From Candidatus Parcubacteria bacterium (GTDB lineage Bacteria > Patescibacteriota > Minisyncoccia > Phycocordibacterales > UBA918): DNA of 64,000 nt. This document shows positions 18,964-28,386 of this stretch, in pieces. Where the stretch lies: the NCBI GenBank assembly GCA_046050355.1, contig JBJOPW010000001.1, positions 1-64,000 on the forward strand. The letters run 5' to 3'. Made by a program: the position numbers and the translations under genes. Each line of letters begins with the position of its first letter. Position 1 is the stretch's first letter. The notes under the pieces are model-generated. The model saw nothing but the letters and a program-made list of their open reading frames with translations, was not told where the DNA came from and did not search any database.

Positions 18964-20910
18964 CTATTCAAGAATCGCTTTGATGCGACGCACACCAGCC
19001 GAAGATGATTCTTCTTTGGTGATCTTAAACGTACCTTTGATGTCGGAGAGATCATCAACGTGTGGGCCACCACAGAGTTCTTTGGATACCACCACCCCAT
19101 CGTTTGTAGTCATAGTGTAGACCTTTACCTCATCCGGGTAGCGGTCCCAGAACGAGGCTTCGATAGTGGGGTCGTTTTGGGCATCAACTTTGCTCATCAT
19201 GCTGATCGTGACCGGGCCTCCCTGCTTGATAGCATCGTTCACGTAGGTCTCGACTTGACGAAGCGCTTCGTCAGAAATCTTATCGGGATGGGTGACATCG
19301 TAGCGGAGGCGTTCGCCAGTAATATTACTCCCGGCTTGGTGGACGTGGGTTCCGAGTACCTGTCGGAGTCCTGCGAGCATGAGGTGGGTGGCCGTATGGT
19401 ATTGCACGACAATCTCAGATTGGTCGGCGAGGCCACCCTTAAACTTCTGTTCTGCGCCAGCCCGGCTTTTGGCCCGGTGCTCTTCCATCAGCTTTTCAAA
19501 GCCGGCACGCTCAACGACGAGTCCTTTTTCAGCCGCAATTTCTTCCGTCAGTTCAATCGGGAAACCGTAGGTGGTGTAGAGATCAAAGGCTTTTTCGGCA
19601 TTAATCGCCTGCTTGGTGACCGGCGCGATGTCACGGTCAATCACCTTCTGTCCATCAACTTCCTTGCTCGTGAGGTGGATTTGGAGGGAAACCTTGTTAA
19701 ATTGTTTGAGCCCTGCTTCGAGGGTCTTGCGGAACTGTTCTTCTTCACGACTGATAGCCGCCTTGATATCACCGCGCTTTTCACCCAAGTTTGGATAATG
19801 AGCTTCGTAGGTTGAAATCACACTCTCCGCTAATTCAGCAAATTTACCGGCTGGGATACCAATTTTGTCGGCATAGCGCACCGCGCGACGGAGGAGGCGG
19901 CGGACAAAGTATCCTTGTTGATCATTACTTGGATACACGCCATCACCAATCATAAAGACGGCTCCACGGATGTGGTCAGTAATGACACGAAAGGCTACTT
20001 CGTTGCCGGCATAGAGCTGACCTGAGAGAGAAGCAATCTGTTTTACTACCGTATGGAGCAAATCTACATGGAAAACGTCTGGATTCCCGACCTTCGCGGC
20101 GGCGATACGTTCGAGTCCACCACCAAAATCCACATTACGCTGGGGGAGCTTCGCAAAACTACCATCCTCCTGCTTGATGTACTCAATAAACACCGAGTTA
20201 CCGATTTCTAGGAATTGTCCGGAGTCACTATTCGGGTGTGCTGCCTGAGTACCATAGACCGGATGGGTCGCATGTTCTGGGCCAAAGTCATAAAAGACTT
20301 CACTGTCTGGTCCACCAATTTCGCCAGCTGGCATATTACTTGGCTTGCCACTACGACTCCACCAATTTTTGCCGGCGTCATAGTAGAAGATGCGACCACC
20401 TTGCATACCAACTTCGTAGCCATCTTCTTCACTGCCGATAAAGACGTCTTTCGCTTCAATACCGCGTTCGGCAAAAAGTTCTTTCCAAATGGCCACTGAT
20501 TCATCATCACGTGGAATACCAAGTGCTTCGTCTCCGGCAAAGACAGTTACGTAAATACGAGCCGGATCAAGCCCGACTTCATCAACGAGGAAGGTGAAGA
20601 ACCACCGGAGTTGTTCCTTTTTGAAGTAGTCACCAAGTGACCAGTTACCAAGCATTTCAAAGAAGGTGGTGTGACGATTGTCCCCTACTTCTTCGATGTC
20701 ATTCGCCCGAAAACACTTCTGCGAGTCAGCGAGACGGGTACCCATCGCATGCTTTTCACCCATAAGGTATGGGATGAGTGGCTGCATCCCGCTGCCGGTG
20801 AAGAGCGTGGTCGGGTCATTTTCCGGTACGAGCGCGGCAGACGGAATAACCGCATGACCATTTTTGGCCATGAAGTCTAAATACCGCTGTCTGATCTCAT
20901 TTCCACTCAT
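18964..20910 (-). CDS. alaS: Alanine--tRNA ligase (short form without C-Ala domain)
   Basis: DPTTLFTGSGMQP, HTTFFEMLGNWS, HTATH, ELCGGPH. Confidence 0.97.
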   Translation of the reverse strand: MSGNEIRQRYLDFMAKNGHAVIPSAALVPENDPTTLFTGSGMQPLIPYLMGEKHAMGTRLADSQKCFRANDIEEVGDNRHTTFFEMLGNWSLGDYFKKEQLRWFFTFLVDEVGLDPARIYVTVFAGDEALGIPRDDESVAIWKELFAERGIEAKDVFIGSEEDGYEVGMQGGRIFYYDAGKNWWSRSGKPSNMPAGEIGGPDSEVFYDFGPEHATHPVYGTQAAHPNSDSGQFLEIGNSVFIEYIKQEDGSFAKLPQRNVDFGGGLERIAAAKVGNPDVFHVDLLHTVVKQIASLSGQLYAGNEVAFRVITDHIRGAVFMIGDGVYPSNDQQGYFVRRLLRRAVRYADKIGIPAGKFAELAESVISTYEAHYPNLGEKRGDIKAAISREEEQFRKTLEAGLKQFNKVSLQIHLTSKEVDGQKVIDRDIAPVTKQAINAEKAFDLYTTYGFPIELTEEIAAEKGLVVERAGFEKLMEEHRAKSRAGAEQKFKGGLADQSEIVVQYHTATHLMLAGLRQVLGTHVHQAGSNITGERLRYDVTHPDKISDEALRQVETYVNDAIKQGGPVTISMMSKVDAQNDPTIEASFWDRYPDEVKVYTMTTNDGVVVSKELCGGPHVDDLSDIKGTFKITKEESSSAGVRRIKAILE

Positions 20911-20966
20911 ATAAAAAGCTTTAGATTGATAGATTCATACTATACCAAATAAATCGCGCTTGGCGA

Positions 20967-21082
20967 GGAGGTATGGTTTTCCGTTTGTGTAGCAAAAACC
21001 TTCGTCCTAAATACTACCATATATGATAGTATTTAAATGATGGAATTTTTGGGCTGTCATCAAAATCACGGTCGTACCTTCC
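20967..21082. repeat. 116-nt imperfect rod-like palindrome abutting the pepF stop
   Basis: GGAGGTATG..CGTACCTTCC outer stem; central TAAATACTA..TAGTATTTA. Confidence 0.5.
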
Positions 21083-22918
21083 CTATTTTTTACTTTGTTT
21101 CTTCGCAAGCTTGGCGAAGGTTTTGATGTCCGCTTCGAGTTTCGTGAGCGCAGCTTCGAAGGTGGCGGCCTTCGTGGTATCGATACCAGCGTCTTTGTAG
21201 ATGTCTTTGATGAGTTTTGATTCGCCTGAAGTAAGGAATTGGTCAATCTTCGCACCATAGGCACGATCGGCGCGGAAGCGAGCCGCCATGATACTGCTCA
21301 TCATAAGGCCATAGGCGTAGCTGTAGGTGTAAAAGCCCATACGGAGGTGTGAGACGTACACATAGGTGTAGCCATCGTCAGGGGTCAATTTGACGCCTTT
21401 CCCAAGATACGCAGCGAGGTGCTTGTTCATGAGGGTCGCGTACTCCTCTTTAGTGAGGCCACCTTCGCGCATCACTGACTCGTGGATATCAAGTTCAGCA
21501 TTAAAGAAGGCAATCTGGCGCTGGATGGTCGAGATATCACGGAGGATGCGGTCATGAAGCAAGACAAACTGCGTATGCTCGTCCATCTGCGCATACACAG
21601 CGTCAAACACCAAGTTTTCAAACAAAGTACTCGCGGTCTCGGCGGTCACAATTGAGTGTCCGTCATAAAACGGCGACTGCCCATCCATGCTCCGGCGGGC
21701 ATGGATGGCGTGACCCATCTCGTGGGCGAGGGTCTCAAGTGATTTGAAGTCGGTGACGTGATTGAGAAAGACATTGATTGGTTGTCCACTCTGCGCTGAC
21801 ATAAAGGCGCCACCCGATTTACCACTCTTGGGCCAGACATCAATTTGTCCCTGCGTTAACATGGTGTCAAAGAGTTCACCGTAGCGCGGGTTTACGTCAT
21901 AAAAGACATCGCGACAAATAGCGACCGCATCGGGAAAAGAGATTTTTACATCTTCACCAATTGACTCGTTGCGCTGACTATAATCGAGGTGTGCTACGCC
22001 ATGATACTTCGCCTTGAGTTCATAGAACTTACGGCTGAGGGCAAAGCCCTTCTTCCCCACTACCTCACGGAGCGTGGTGAGGGCTTCTTCAGTATCTTGG
22101 TAGCTCTGTACAGTCGCACTGTATGGATGTTTGTAGCCGCGGATATCGTCTTCGGTACGGGCATCGGTCACAATGGCGTTCATCTCGTGCTCGGCCACTT
22201 CACTGATCTGTACGAGTTCTTTGGTAATCAATGCCCAGAGCTTTGGCTTGTCGGCAAACTTCTGCACGTTGATAAGCTCGATAGCTTCAGGAATCGCCGC
22301 GCGCTTCCCTTTCCAGGTGATGTGACGGTCGGTGATGATTTTGTCGACCATATCAACCCAGCGACCACTGGCCTGACGGCTCTTGAGACTAACAATTTTT
22401 TCTTCGGCTTCACTGAGGTGATGGGCAGCGCCGACAAATAGTCGCTCGAGGTAATAGTGGTACGAGGCGAGCTTTGGATCTTTAAGCAGTTGTTTTTGCG
22501 TCGCTTTAGGAATCTTCCCCAGTTCAAGCGGAAAAAAGAGTGTCTCATCGCTGGCCTTACGGAGGCGATTTTGGATCAGTGAAAGTTGCTTGGTGGCATT
22601 GGTATCTTTGGTATCGACGCAGGAGCGGAGCCAGAAGTAACGGGTAGCCCGTGAGTAGGTCGGATTCCCGGCCATGCCCTCACTCTCTTTGAGGGCCGCT
22701 AAGAGAAGGTCGGTGTTGGTGGCAAAGGCTTTGCCCCGCCATTTTTTGGCAAAGCTACGATAAGCCGCTTCAGTCGCGGCGACATCTTTTTCAATCTGCG
22801 GGTCTTTGCTATTTTTGTAGTACAAAGAAAAGTCCCATGATTCTTTTATAGTCACGGGCTGGCGACTCACGGTAGGGGTGTATTTAAAACTCTTTTTCTT
22901 GGGATTTTTGGACGGCAT
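21083..22918 (-). CDS. pepF: M3 family oligoendopeptidase F
   Basis: GKSGGAF, TLAHEMGHAIH, AETAS, FYTYSYAYG. Confidence 0.9.
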   Translation of the reverse strand: MPSKNPKKKSFKYTPTVSRQPVTIKESWDFSLYYKNSKDPQIEKDVAATEAAYRSFAKKWRGKAFATNTDLLLAALKESEGMAGNPTYSRATRYFWLRSCVDTKDTNATKQLSLIQNRLRKASDETLFFPLELGKIPKATQKQLLKDPKLASYHYYLERLFVGAAHHLSEAEEKIVSLKSRQASGRWVDMVDKIITDRHITWKGKRAAIPEAIELINVQKFADKPKLWALITKELVQISEVAEHEMNAIVTDARTEDDIRGYKHPYSATVQSYQDTEEALTTLREVVGKKGFALSRKFYELKAKYHGVAHLDYSQRNESIGEDVKISFPDAVAICRDVFYDVNPRYGELFDTMLTQGQIDVWPKSGKSGGAFMSAQSGQPINVFLNHVTDFKSLETLAHEMGHAIHARRSMDGQSPFYDGHSIVTAETASTLFENLVFDAVYAQMDEHTQFVLLHDRILRDISTIQRQIAFFNAELDIHESVMREGGLTKEEYATLMNKHLAAYLGKGVKLTPDDGYTYVYVSHLRMGFYTYSYAYGLMMSSIMAARFRADRAYGAKIDQFLTSGESKLIKDIYKDAGIDTTKAATFEAALTKLEADIKTFAKLAKKQSKK

Positions 22919-23480
22919 AGATAAATTCTTTGTAACTTTCAAATACGTGATTAAATTCGTTCAGAAGTGGTCCTTCGAGGCGATTATTGATAACGTTTGC
23001 AACTGTCTGGTAGACCTCGAGGCGCTCGGTGAGATTCTTACCAAAGTCTTGGAGGAAGCGTGCTGGTGCCTCATAGTATTCTTCGACAATAGTACGGAAA
23101 TTGTGGGCTTTGTCAGCGGCCGCAATCATCACGGCTTCTTTAGGTCCTTTTTTAAGTTGGACAGCATAGGCTTTTTTCTTTTCAGTCCACGACATCTTTC
23201 GCTCACCATCGTGAGTGGGTTCAGACAGTGCTTCGACGAGCACGCGCACGGTCCCACCGAAGTCTTCCTCGAGCTCATCGAGGGTGTAGTCAGTGTCCTC
23301 GACAGTATCGTGGAGGAGGGCTGCGACTATCACGTCTTCATTCTCTGTGTAGTCATGCAAGATGAACGCCACCGACATCAGGTGGGTAATATAGGGATAC
23401 GGCATCGAACCCTTTCGCTCCTGGTCGCGATGAAGAACGGCGGCGGCACGGATAGCTTGTTCAATGCGGTAGGAGTACAT
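22884..23480 (-). CDS. HD-domain protein, RelA/SpoT-type hydrolase (small alarmone hydrolase-like)
   Basis: HRDQERK..PYITHL..AALLHDTVED..ADKAHN. Confidence 0.85.
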   Translation of the reverse strand: MYSYRIEQAIRAAAVLHRDQERKGSMPYPYITHLMSVAFILHDYTENEDVIVAALLHDTVEDTDYTLDELEEDFGGTVRVLVEALSEPTHDGERKMSWTEKKKAYAVQLKKGPKEAVMIAAADKAHNFRTIVEEYYEAPARFLQDFGKNLTERLEVYQTVANVINNRLEGPLLNEFNHVFESYKEFIYAVQKSQEKEF

Positions 23481-23489
23481 AAATATGAT

Positions 23490-24050
23490 TTAACGGAGTC
23501 CGCTGATCCGACGTCCTGGATTACCGGCGGACGCTTTATTTGTATTAGCCAGATTAGCTTTTTGTTGATTTGCAATTGCACGAGTGAGATCTGCCTGGAG
23601 ATTACCAAGTGAACTACGCTTTTGTCTAATTTCACTATCAAGCGTATTGATTTCGCGCATGCGAGTATCGCGAGCTCGTCGTTCGGCTTCACCTTGATCT
23701 CTTGTGATGCCGTTCAGTTTTGTGTTGAGGTCGTTAAAACGATTATGCTGGTCATTGTGCTTGCGCTGCAGAGCAGACTGTTCCTCTTGGAGCTTATTGA
23801 GCTGATTCTGAAGCTTGGTTTGCTCTTTTTGATAGTAGTCAATATCTTCTTGGAGAGCTTTGAGATTATTCTGCAAGGTTTGGATTTCTTGTGCGACTTT
23901 ACGTTTGTCACCGGCATACTTAACTTGAATTGCATCAAGTTCAGTCTGCATCATCAAACTGACCCGCTGTTTCTTCGTTTCTAAATCAGTGACCCGCTTT
24001 TGCTGGTCAGTCAGGAGATCTTGTTTTGCTCGCACGTCATCAAAAGCCAT
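23490..24050 (-). CDS. Coiled-coil hypothetical protein
   Basis: Q/L-rich heptad pattern, operonic spacing. Confidence 0.75.
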   Translation of the reverse strand: MAFDDVRAKQDLLTDQQKRVTDLETKKQRVSLMMQTELDAIQVKYAGDKRKVAQEIQTLQNNLKALQEDIDYYQKEQTKLQNQLNKLQEEQSALQRKHNDQHNRFNDLNTKLNGITRDQGEAERRARDTRMREINTLDSEIRQKRSSLGNLQADLTRAIANQQKANLANTNKASAGNPGRRISGLR

Positions 24051-24055
24051 AGTAC

Positions 24056-24313
24056 CTAGAGTATAGCACCTTCTTTTTGTAAAATCTTCCTTTTTTCTAC
24101 TTCCCCACCCCGGTTGTAGCCGCCAAGCCCACCGTCACTGCGGATGACCCGGTGGCACGGAATATCGGGATTGTAGTTCTTGGCCATGAGATTCGCGACC
24201 GCTCGCGCGGCTTTCGGATTCCCTGCTCGCTTTGCTACCTCGTTGTAGGTAAGCACTTGCCCTTTTGGGATGGCTTTTACCACGCTATGCACTTTTTCAC
24301 TAAACTCTGACAT
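24056..24313 (-). CDS. MGMT-family O6-alkylguanine-DNA alkyltransferase
   Basis: IPKGQVLTY, AARAV, PCHRVI. Confidence 0.92.
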   Translation of the reverse strand: MSEFSEKVHSVVKAIPKGQVLTYNEVAKRAGNPKAARAVANLMAKNYNPDIPCHRVIRSDGGLGGYNRGGEVEKRKILQKEGAIL

Positions 24314-24359
24314 ACGTTGATTTTACTTATTTTGCCTAGGGGTACCCTAGGCAAACGGC

Positions 24360-25142
24360 TTATTTGCTTGATTTTTTGATGGCGATGAGCTTTTTGCCAC
24401 AGGCTTCACGGTACGGGCAGTATTCGCACGATGAACCGCTTTCTGGGTACATATCGGAGTCAAGCGTGGCTTTGATAGCACTAAGCGTCTTTCCTATCCA
24501 ACTGGTATCCCCGACGCATGGTACGAGCGTCGTATCAAAGTGGAGGGTATCAAAGAAACCGTCGTGGTCTTTGGTGGCGTTCGCGTACACAAAGTAGCCG
24601 GTATCCGAGACGGTAAAGCCGTTTTGGCGCAGGAGCCACTGGTAGACGCCCATTTGGCGGGCATACTGGGCACTCCAGGACGAATCATCGAGGGTGAGGA
24701 TCTCACCGTCTTTGGAGGTGGCTTTATAATCAACGACAATCAATTCCCCATCCGGTGTCTGCCAGATGTCGTCGACTGCACCAGAGACGACGAGGCCTGT
24801 TTCTTTATCGGTCCACTCGATACCGGAAAAGTTGTCACGCCAGGCATCCATACTCTCGTGGACAAATGGTACCGCATCAATCTTGTACTTCTCGGCAATC
24901 GGGTGCCGGGTACCGGCGACACGGTGTGCATCAAATTCCTTTTTGAGGAGTTCATCAACGGCAATGTTGAGATTAAATGACGGCATGCCCGGGCGTTTAG
25001 TGCCGAGTTTGTTATCAAGATAGAAACAGCGTGGACACTCCACAAAAAATTCAATCTTTGAGCGAGACAATCGCCACTTGGCGCCGCCATAATTCCACTC
25101 AGCACTCCGGTTCGGGTTGTATTTCTTTACGTATTCGGCCAT
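24360..25142 (-). CDS. PD-(D/E)XK nuclease with 4-Cys motif (Cas4/AddB-like)
   Basis: CPRCFY, GAVDD..VVDYK, QMGVY, CEYCPYREAC. Confidence 0.85.
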   Translation of the reverse strand: MAEYVKKYNPNRSAEWNYGGAKWRLSRSKIEFFVECPRCFYLDNKLGTKRPGMPSFNLNIAVDELLKKEFDAHRVAGTRHPIAEKYKIDAVPFVHESMDAWRDNFSGIEWTDKETGLVVSGAVDDIWQTPDGELIVVDYKATSKDGEILTLDDSSWSAQYARQMGVYQWLLRQNGFTVSDTGYFVYANATKDHDGFFDTLHFDTTLVPCVGDTSWIGKTLSAIKATLDSDMYPESGSSCEYCPYREACGKKLIAIKKSSK

Positions 25143-25162
25143 ATGATGCCATGAGTATAGCA

Positions 25163-25197
25163 CAAACGGGCGGAACCGAAGGTTCCGCCCGTTTGTA
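25163..25197. terminator. Hairpin between genes
   Basis: ACAAACGGGCGGAACC-GAA-GGTTCCGCCCGTTTGT. Confidence 0.55.
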
Positions 25198-25219
25198 TCA
25201 AGAAAGGTCAATTATGAAC

Positions 25220-25750
25220 CTATTCTGCCTTAAACGTAGTAAATACGGTGTCTAATTGTTTGTCAGTTGCAGAGTTAAAAGACTTGTCACCACCACTGGT
25301 GTACATCATGACCGCATACTCTCGCCCTGCCACCGTTGGGGTTACGAGAGGAATTGCTGTAGGTACAACATTTCCTGCCTTACTAAAGCGAATCACACCG
25401 TTGATGTAACCAAGCTTGCCATCGTTGTACTCACGAACGCCAATCCAACCTTCTTCAATTGGGTAAGATACTTCAGCAAGGTTAACTGAACGTCCAGCCT
25501 TCTTGTCGTTGACTACTACCTTACCATCACCCATTGGGAGAGTAGTAACTGGTGTTTCAGCTGCACCCTCTTCATTTTTTGTTTCTTCACTTGAGGTAGC
25601 GGTAGCGTCTTCCTTCTTTTCATCAGCTGGCTTCTTGTCATTGCCATTATCGCCACCCATAAATGCCCATACAAGGAGACCACCAATAAGGAGTCCAAAC
25701 ACAAATGAGACTACGGTCTTCTGAGATTCTTCTTTTTGTACGTCTGTCAT
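25220..25750 (-). CDS. Membrane-anchored hypothetical protein
   Basis: N-terminal TM, acidic linker, beta-rich C-domain. Confidence 0.75.
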   Translation of the reverse strand: MTDVQKEESQKTVVSFVFGLLIGGLLVWAFMGGDNGNDKKPADEKKEDATATSSEETKNEEGAAETPVTTLPMGDGKVVVNDKKAGRSVNLAEVSYPIEEGWIGVREYNDGKLGYINGVIRFSKAGNVVPTAIPLVTPTVAGREYAVMMYTSGGDKSFNSATDKQLDTVFTTFKAE

Positions 25751-25828
25751 ATACGATTACACCAATTAGTTTAATACCCGTAATTATACCACGGATAAAA
25801 ATAACGCTGATAGTTGACACTCACCCGG

Positions 25829-26674
25829 TTATTGTGCGCTGGTATGGTGACGAGTCAGTGATGTCACTTCATTAAGGACGGCCGTTTGGCGTTCTTGGCT
25901 CAAATTTAAGCCTCGTAACATATGTGGTTTTTGTATTATGTCGTTTGTCACAATCACATCCCGCTCAATCAAACGAGCGATTTGTTGCCGGTTAAGTGTC
26001 TGGAGCACTGTGATGGGATAAATATGGGCTCGCTGGATGCGGTCATGGAGATTATCTTTACGGGGATAATCCCAGGAGAGGAGCTTGATACCAACACATT
26101 CACTATATTTTTCGGCTGTAATGGTGAATTTGGTGTTGGTGATGAGCCAAAACTCTTTGACACCACAGATGTCGCCTTGGCAGATCTTTTGGTCACGGAG
26201 GTCCAAGAGCCGTGCGTATGAGTACATCGCTACCTGGAGGTCGGTCTTGATACCGGGCCGGGCATGGAACTTTGCTTCGCCAACAAACGCATGGTTGTCT
26301 TTATACGCAGCGATATCGATTTCATGCGGAGCACAGTGACCTTGGAGGGTGATGCCGGTATCTGTTGTATAGCCGCTCGCTTCAAAAAGTCGTGCGAGGA
26401 AGCGTTCGAATGGGAAACCAGTGGGACCAAGGCCAAGTAAGGCACGACGGAGCGCGTACCGGGTGGCGGCGGTCGCACCGATATCGCGCAAGAGATCAAA
26501 GGCAATGCGATAGATCTCTTGGGTGCGCATACCATTGTAGAGCTGGTGCTCAATACGGGCAATAATGGTCGTTATTTCTTCGACACTGGCTCCCGCCCGA
26601 CGCAACGAGCGTCGCAGCTTTTCAACTTTAAAGTACTCTGTCGTACCGTCCGCTTTTTCAACAAGAAATGTCAC
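25829..26674 (-). CDS. ATP-cone domain fused to an Mrr-like restriction endonuclease domain
   Basis: VEKADGTTEYFKVEKLRRSL (ATP cone); FERFLARL, HEIDI..GEAK, LITNTKFT. Confidence 0.85.
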   Translation of the reverse strand: MTFLVEKADGTTEYFKVEKLRRSLRRAGASVEEITTIIARIEHQLYNGMRTQEIYRIAFDLLRDIGATAATRYALRRALLGLGPTGFPFERFLARLFEASGYTTDTGITLQGHCAPHEIDIAAYKDNHAFVGEAKFHARPGIKTDLQVAMYSYARLLDLRDQKICQGDICGVKEFWLITNTKFTITAEKYSECVGIKLLSWDYPRKDNLHDRIQRAHIYPITVLQTLNRQQIARLIERDVIVTNDIIQKPHMLRGLNLSQERQTAVLNEVTSLTRHHTSAQ

Positions 26675-27738
26675 TACCGCATCATACCACCCCCCAGGCA
26701 GCGACCACCCTCATATAGTACACAGGATTGACCACTTGCGCCTTGTTCAATTGGTGTGGTTGGTTTGAGTATGAGCTCGTCTTTGGTGATCGCTACGATC
26801 GTCAATGGAAACGGTGTCTGACGGTAACGGAATTGCGCTTCGACGACGTGTCCAACCGCTGGCGCAATCGGATCTCGCCAGATCACATGACGGAGGGTGA
26901 TACTGTCGTCGTTACCAAGTATTGGTGGTGTGTTTCCGACGGTGATAGTGTTCTGCTTCACGTCCTTTGCAACTACATACTGCGGCTTACTATCAGCACT
27001 GGTGTGGTGAAGGGTAAAGCCGTGACGCTGTCCTAAGGTATATACAAAAGCACCGCGATGCTCCCCAATAACATCGCCTGCTTCATTCAAGACGGATCCG
27101 GGTACGAGATCAATATAGTGTGACAGGAATTCAGGAATATCAATATGGCCAAGGAAACAGACACCTTGACTGTCTTTTTTGGTAGCGGTTGGGAGTCCGG
27201 CTGCGGCCGCTTCGGCCCGCAGGTCGGTCTTGACCGTGTCCCCTACCGGAAAGAGGATTTTTTCGAGTTGTTCTGTCTTCAGTGACCAGAGGAAGTATGA
27301 TTGGTCCTTCTGAGAGTCAACTCCACGCCAGAGCTCCCCTGCCCCCACTTCACCTGCACCCTTTTGTGCGTAGTGCCCGGTGGCTACATAGTCAGCACCG
27401 TGTTCGAGCGCAAACCGTAAAAAAGCGCCAAACTTCACTTTCTCATTACAAAGGACATCAGGATTCGGTGTGAGACCGTCTTTGTAACTCTCAATAAAGT
27501 AACTCGCCACCTCATCACGATAGGCAGCCACCGCGTCGCAGGTCAAAAACGGGATACCAAGGTGTGCCGCGACCCGCATGGCATCAAGACGCTCTTCTTC
27601 CCAGTTACAGACGAGCCAATCTGGGTGCCAGACTTTGATGAAAACGCCCACGACTTCATAGCCCTGGTTTTTGAGACGGAGGGCGGCGACCGATGAGTCT
27701 ACCCCGCCTGATAGTCCAACAAAGACTTTTTTGCTCAT
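26674..27738 (-). CDS. mnmA: tRNA 2-thiouridine(34) synthase
   Basis: SGGVDSS, TPNPDVLCN, ATGHY, KDQSYFL, DSQGVCF. Confidence 0.97.
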   Translation of the reverse strand: MSKKVFVGLSGGVDSSVAALRLKNQGYEVVGVFIKVWHPDWLVCNWEEERLDAMRVAAHLGIPFLTCDAVAAYRDEVASYFIESYKDGLTPNPDVLCNEKVKFGAFLRFALEHGADYVATGHYAQKGAGEVGAGELWRGVDSQKDQSYFLWSLKTEQLEKILFPVGDTVKTDLRAEAAAAGLPTATKKDSQGVCFLGHIDIPEFLSHYIDLVPGSVLNEAGDVIGEHRGAFVYTLGQRHGFTLHHTSADSKPQYVVAKDVKQNTITVGNTPPILGNDDSITLRHVIWRDPIAPAVGHVVEAQFRYRQTPFPLTIVAITKDELILKPTTPIEQGASGQSCVLYEGGRCLGGGMMR

Positions 27739-27786
27739 ACGATGTGGCTACTATAGCCGATAATGGTAGATTTGAGAATATTTGTA

Positions 27787-27819
27787 GCTGACTGTATGGG
27801 ACGATGTTAGAACTTTTTT
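27787..27819 (+). repeat. att-like motif left of the NUDIX gene
   Basis: GCTGACTGTATGGGAC-GATGTT-AGAACTTTT; 13/16 identical to 28355-28370. Confidence 0.5.
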
Positions 27820-27821
27820 GA

Positions 27822-28280
27822 CTAAAATGAATCTTTAAAATCAGCAGGGTCGAATATATTTGGCAAGGGTGTCACTTGACCGTCTAGACCAAGACTACCT
27901 AATTCCTCTAGACTGAAAAATTCAATTGCTTCACATTCTTCACTTGGGGTGATGTTTAGATCTTCAAACTCCACACGGTACGCTAATACGCAAGAATAAA
28001 ACCAATCCATCCCTCTTCGGTCTTCATATTTCCAAGTCCAAGTATAAACTGGAGCTTTAGACATTTTAGTTACTTTTAGACCCATCTCTTCTTCAATTTC
28101 ACGCCTAAAAGCGGTTGGTATATCTTCTCCAAAATCTAAACCACCACCTGGCAATTCCCATTTCTGGCCACTTAGACTTTCTGACTCTCGAGCAAGGAGT
28201 AATTTACCATCTCTAACACACAATCCTTTAATAGTTACTCGATAAAAGCAATCAGGAAACAATGGTGAAATTTGTGACAT
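27822..28280 (-). CDS. NUDIX hydrolase
   Basis: WELPGGGLDFGEDIPTAFRREIEEEMG; visibly more AT-rich than flanks. Confidence 0.92.
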   Translation of the reverse strand: MSQISPLFPDCFYRVTIKGLCVRDGKLLLARESESLSGQKWELPGGGLDFGEDIPTAFRREIEEEMGLKVTKMSKAPVYTWTWKYEDRRGMDWFYSCVLAYRVEFEDLNITPSEECEAIEFFSLEELGSLGLDGQVTPLPNIFDPADFKDSF

Positions 28281-28305
28281 TCTAATAGTATATCAGAAAC
28301 TTGCA

Positions 28306-28380
28306 TCAGGGACTCGAACTTTTATATGTTGCTAAATATAGCTAAATTGTTGTTGCTGGCCGTCTGGGACTCGAACTTTT
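28306..28380 (+). repeat. Two direct repeats TCwGGGACTCGAACTTTT (tRNA T-arm-like) right of the NUDIX gene
   Basis: 28306-28323 and 28363-28380; reverse complement contains GTTCGAGTCCC. Confidence 0.65.
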
Positions 28381-28386
28381 GGTAGT

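Noticed and set aside
19060-19815. 251-aa plus-strand ORF (likewise 22878-23612, 29488-30264, 58202-58861)
   Set aside because: Antisense to well-supported genes; codon-bias shadows
20911-21082. T-box riboswitch for alaS
   Set aside because: No AAGGTGGTACC antiterminator consensus or terminator before alaS
27332-27362. GAGEV-GAGEL duplication in mnmA
   Set aside because: Short imperfect duplication in a variable loop; not palindromic
28355-28380. tRNA gene
   Set aside because: Only a T-arm-like fragment; no D or anticodon arm
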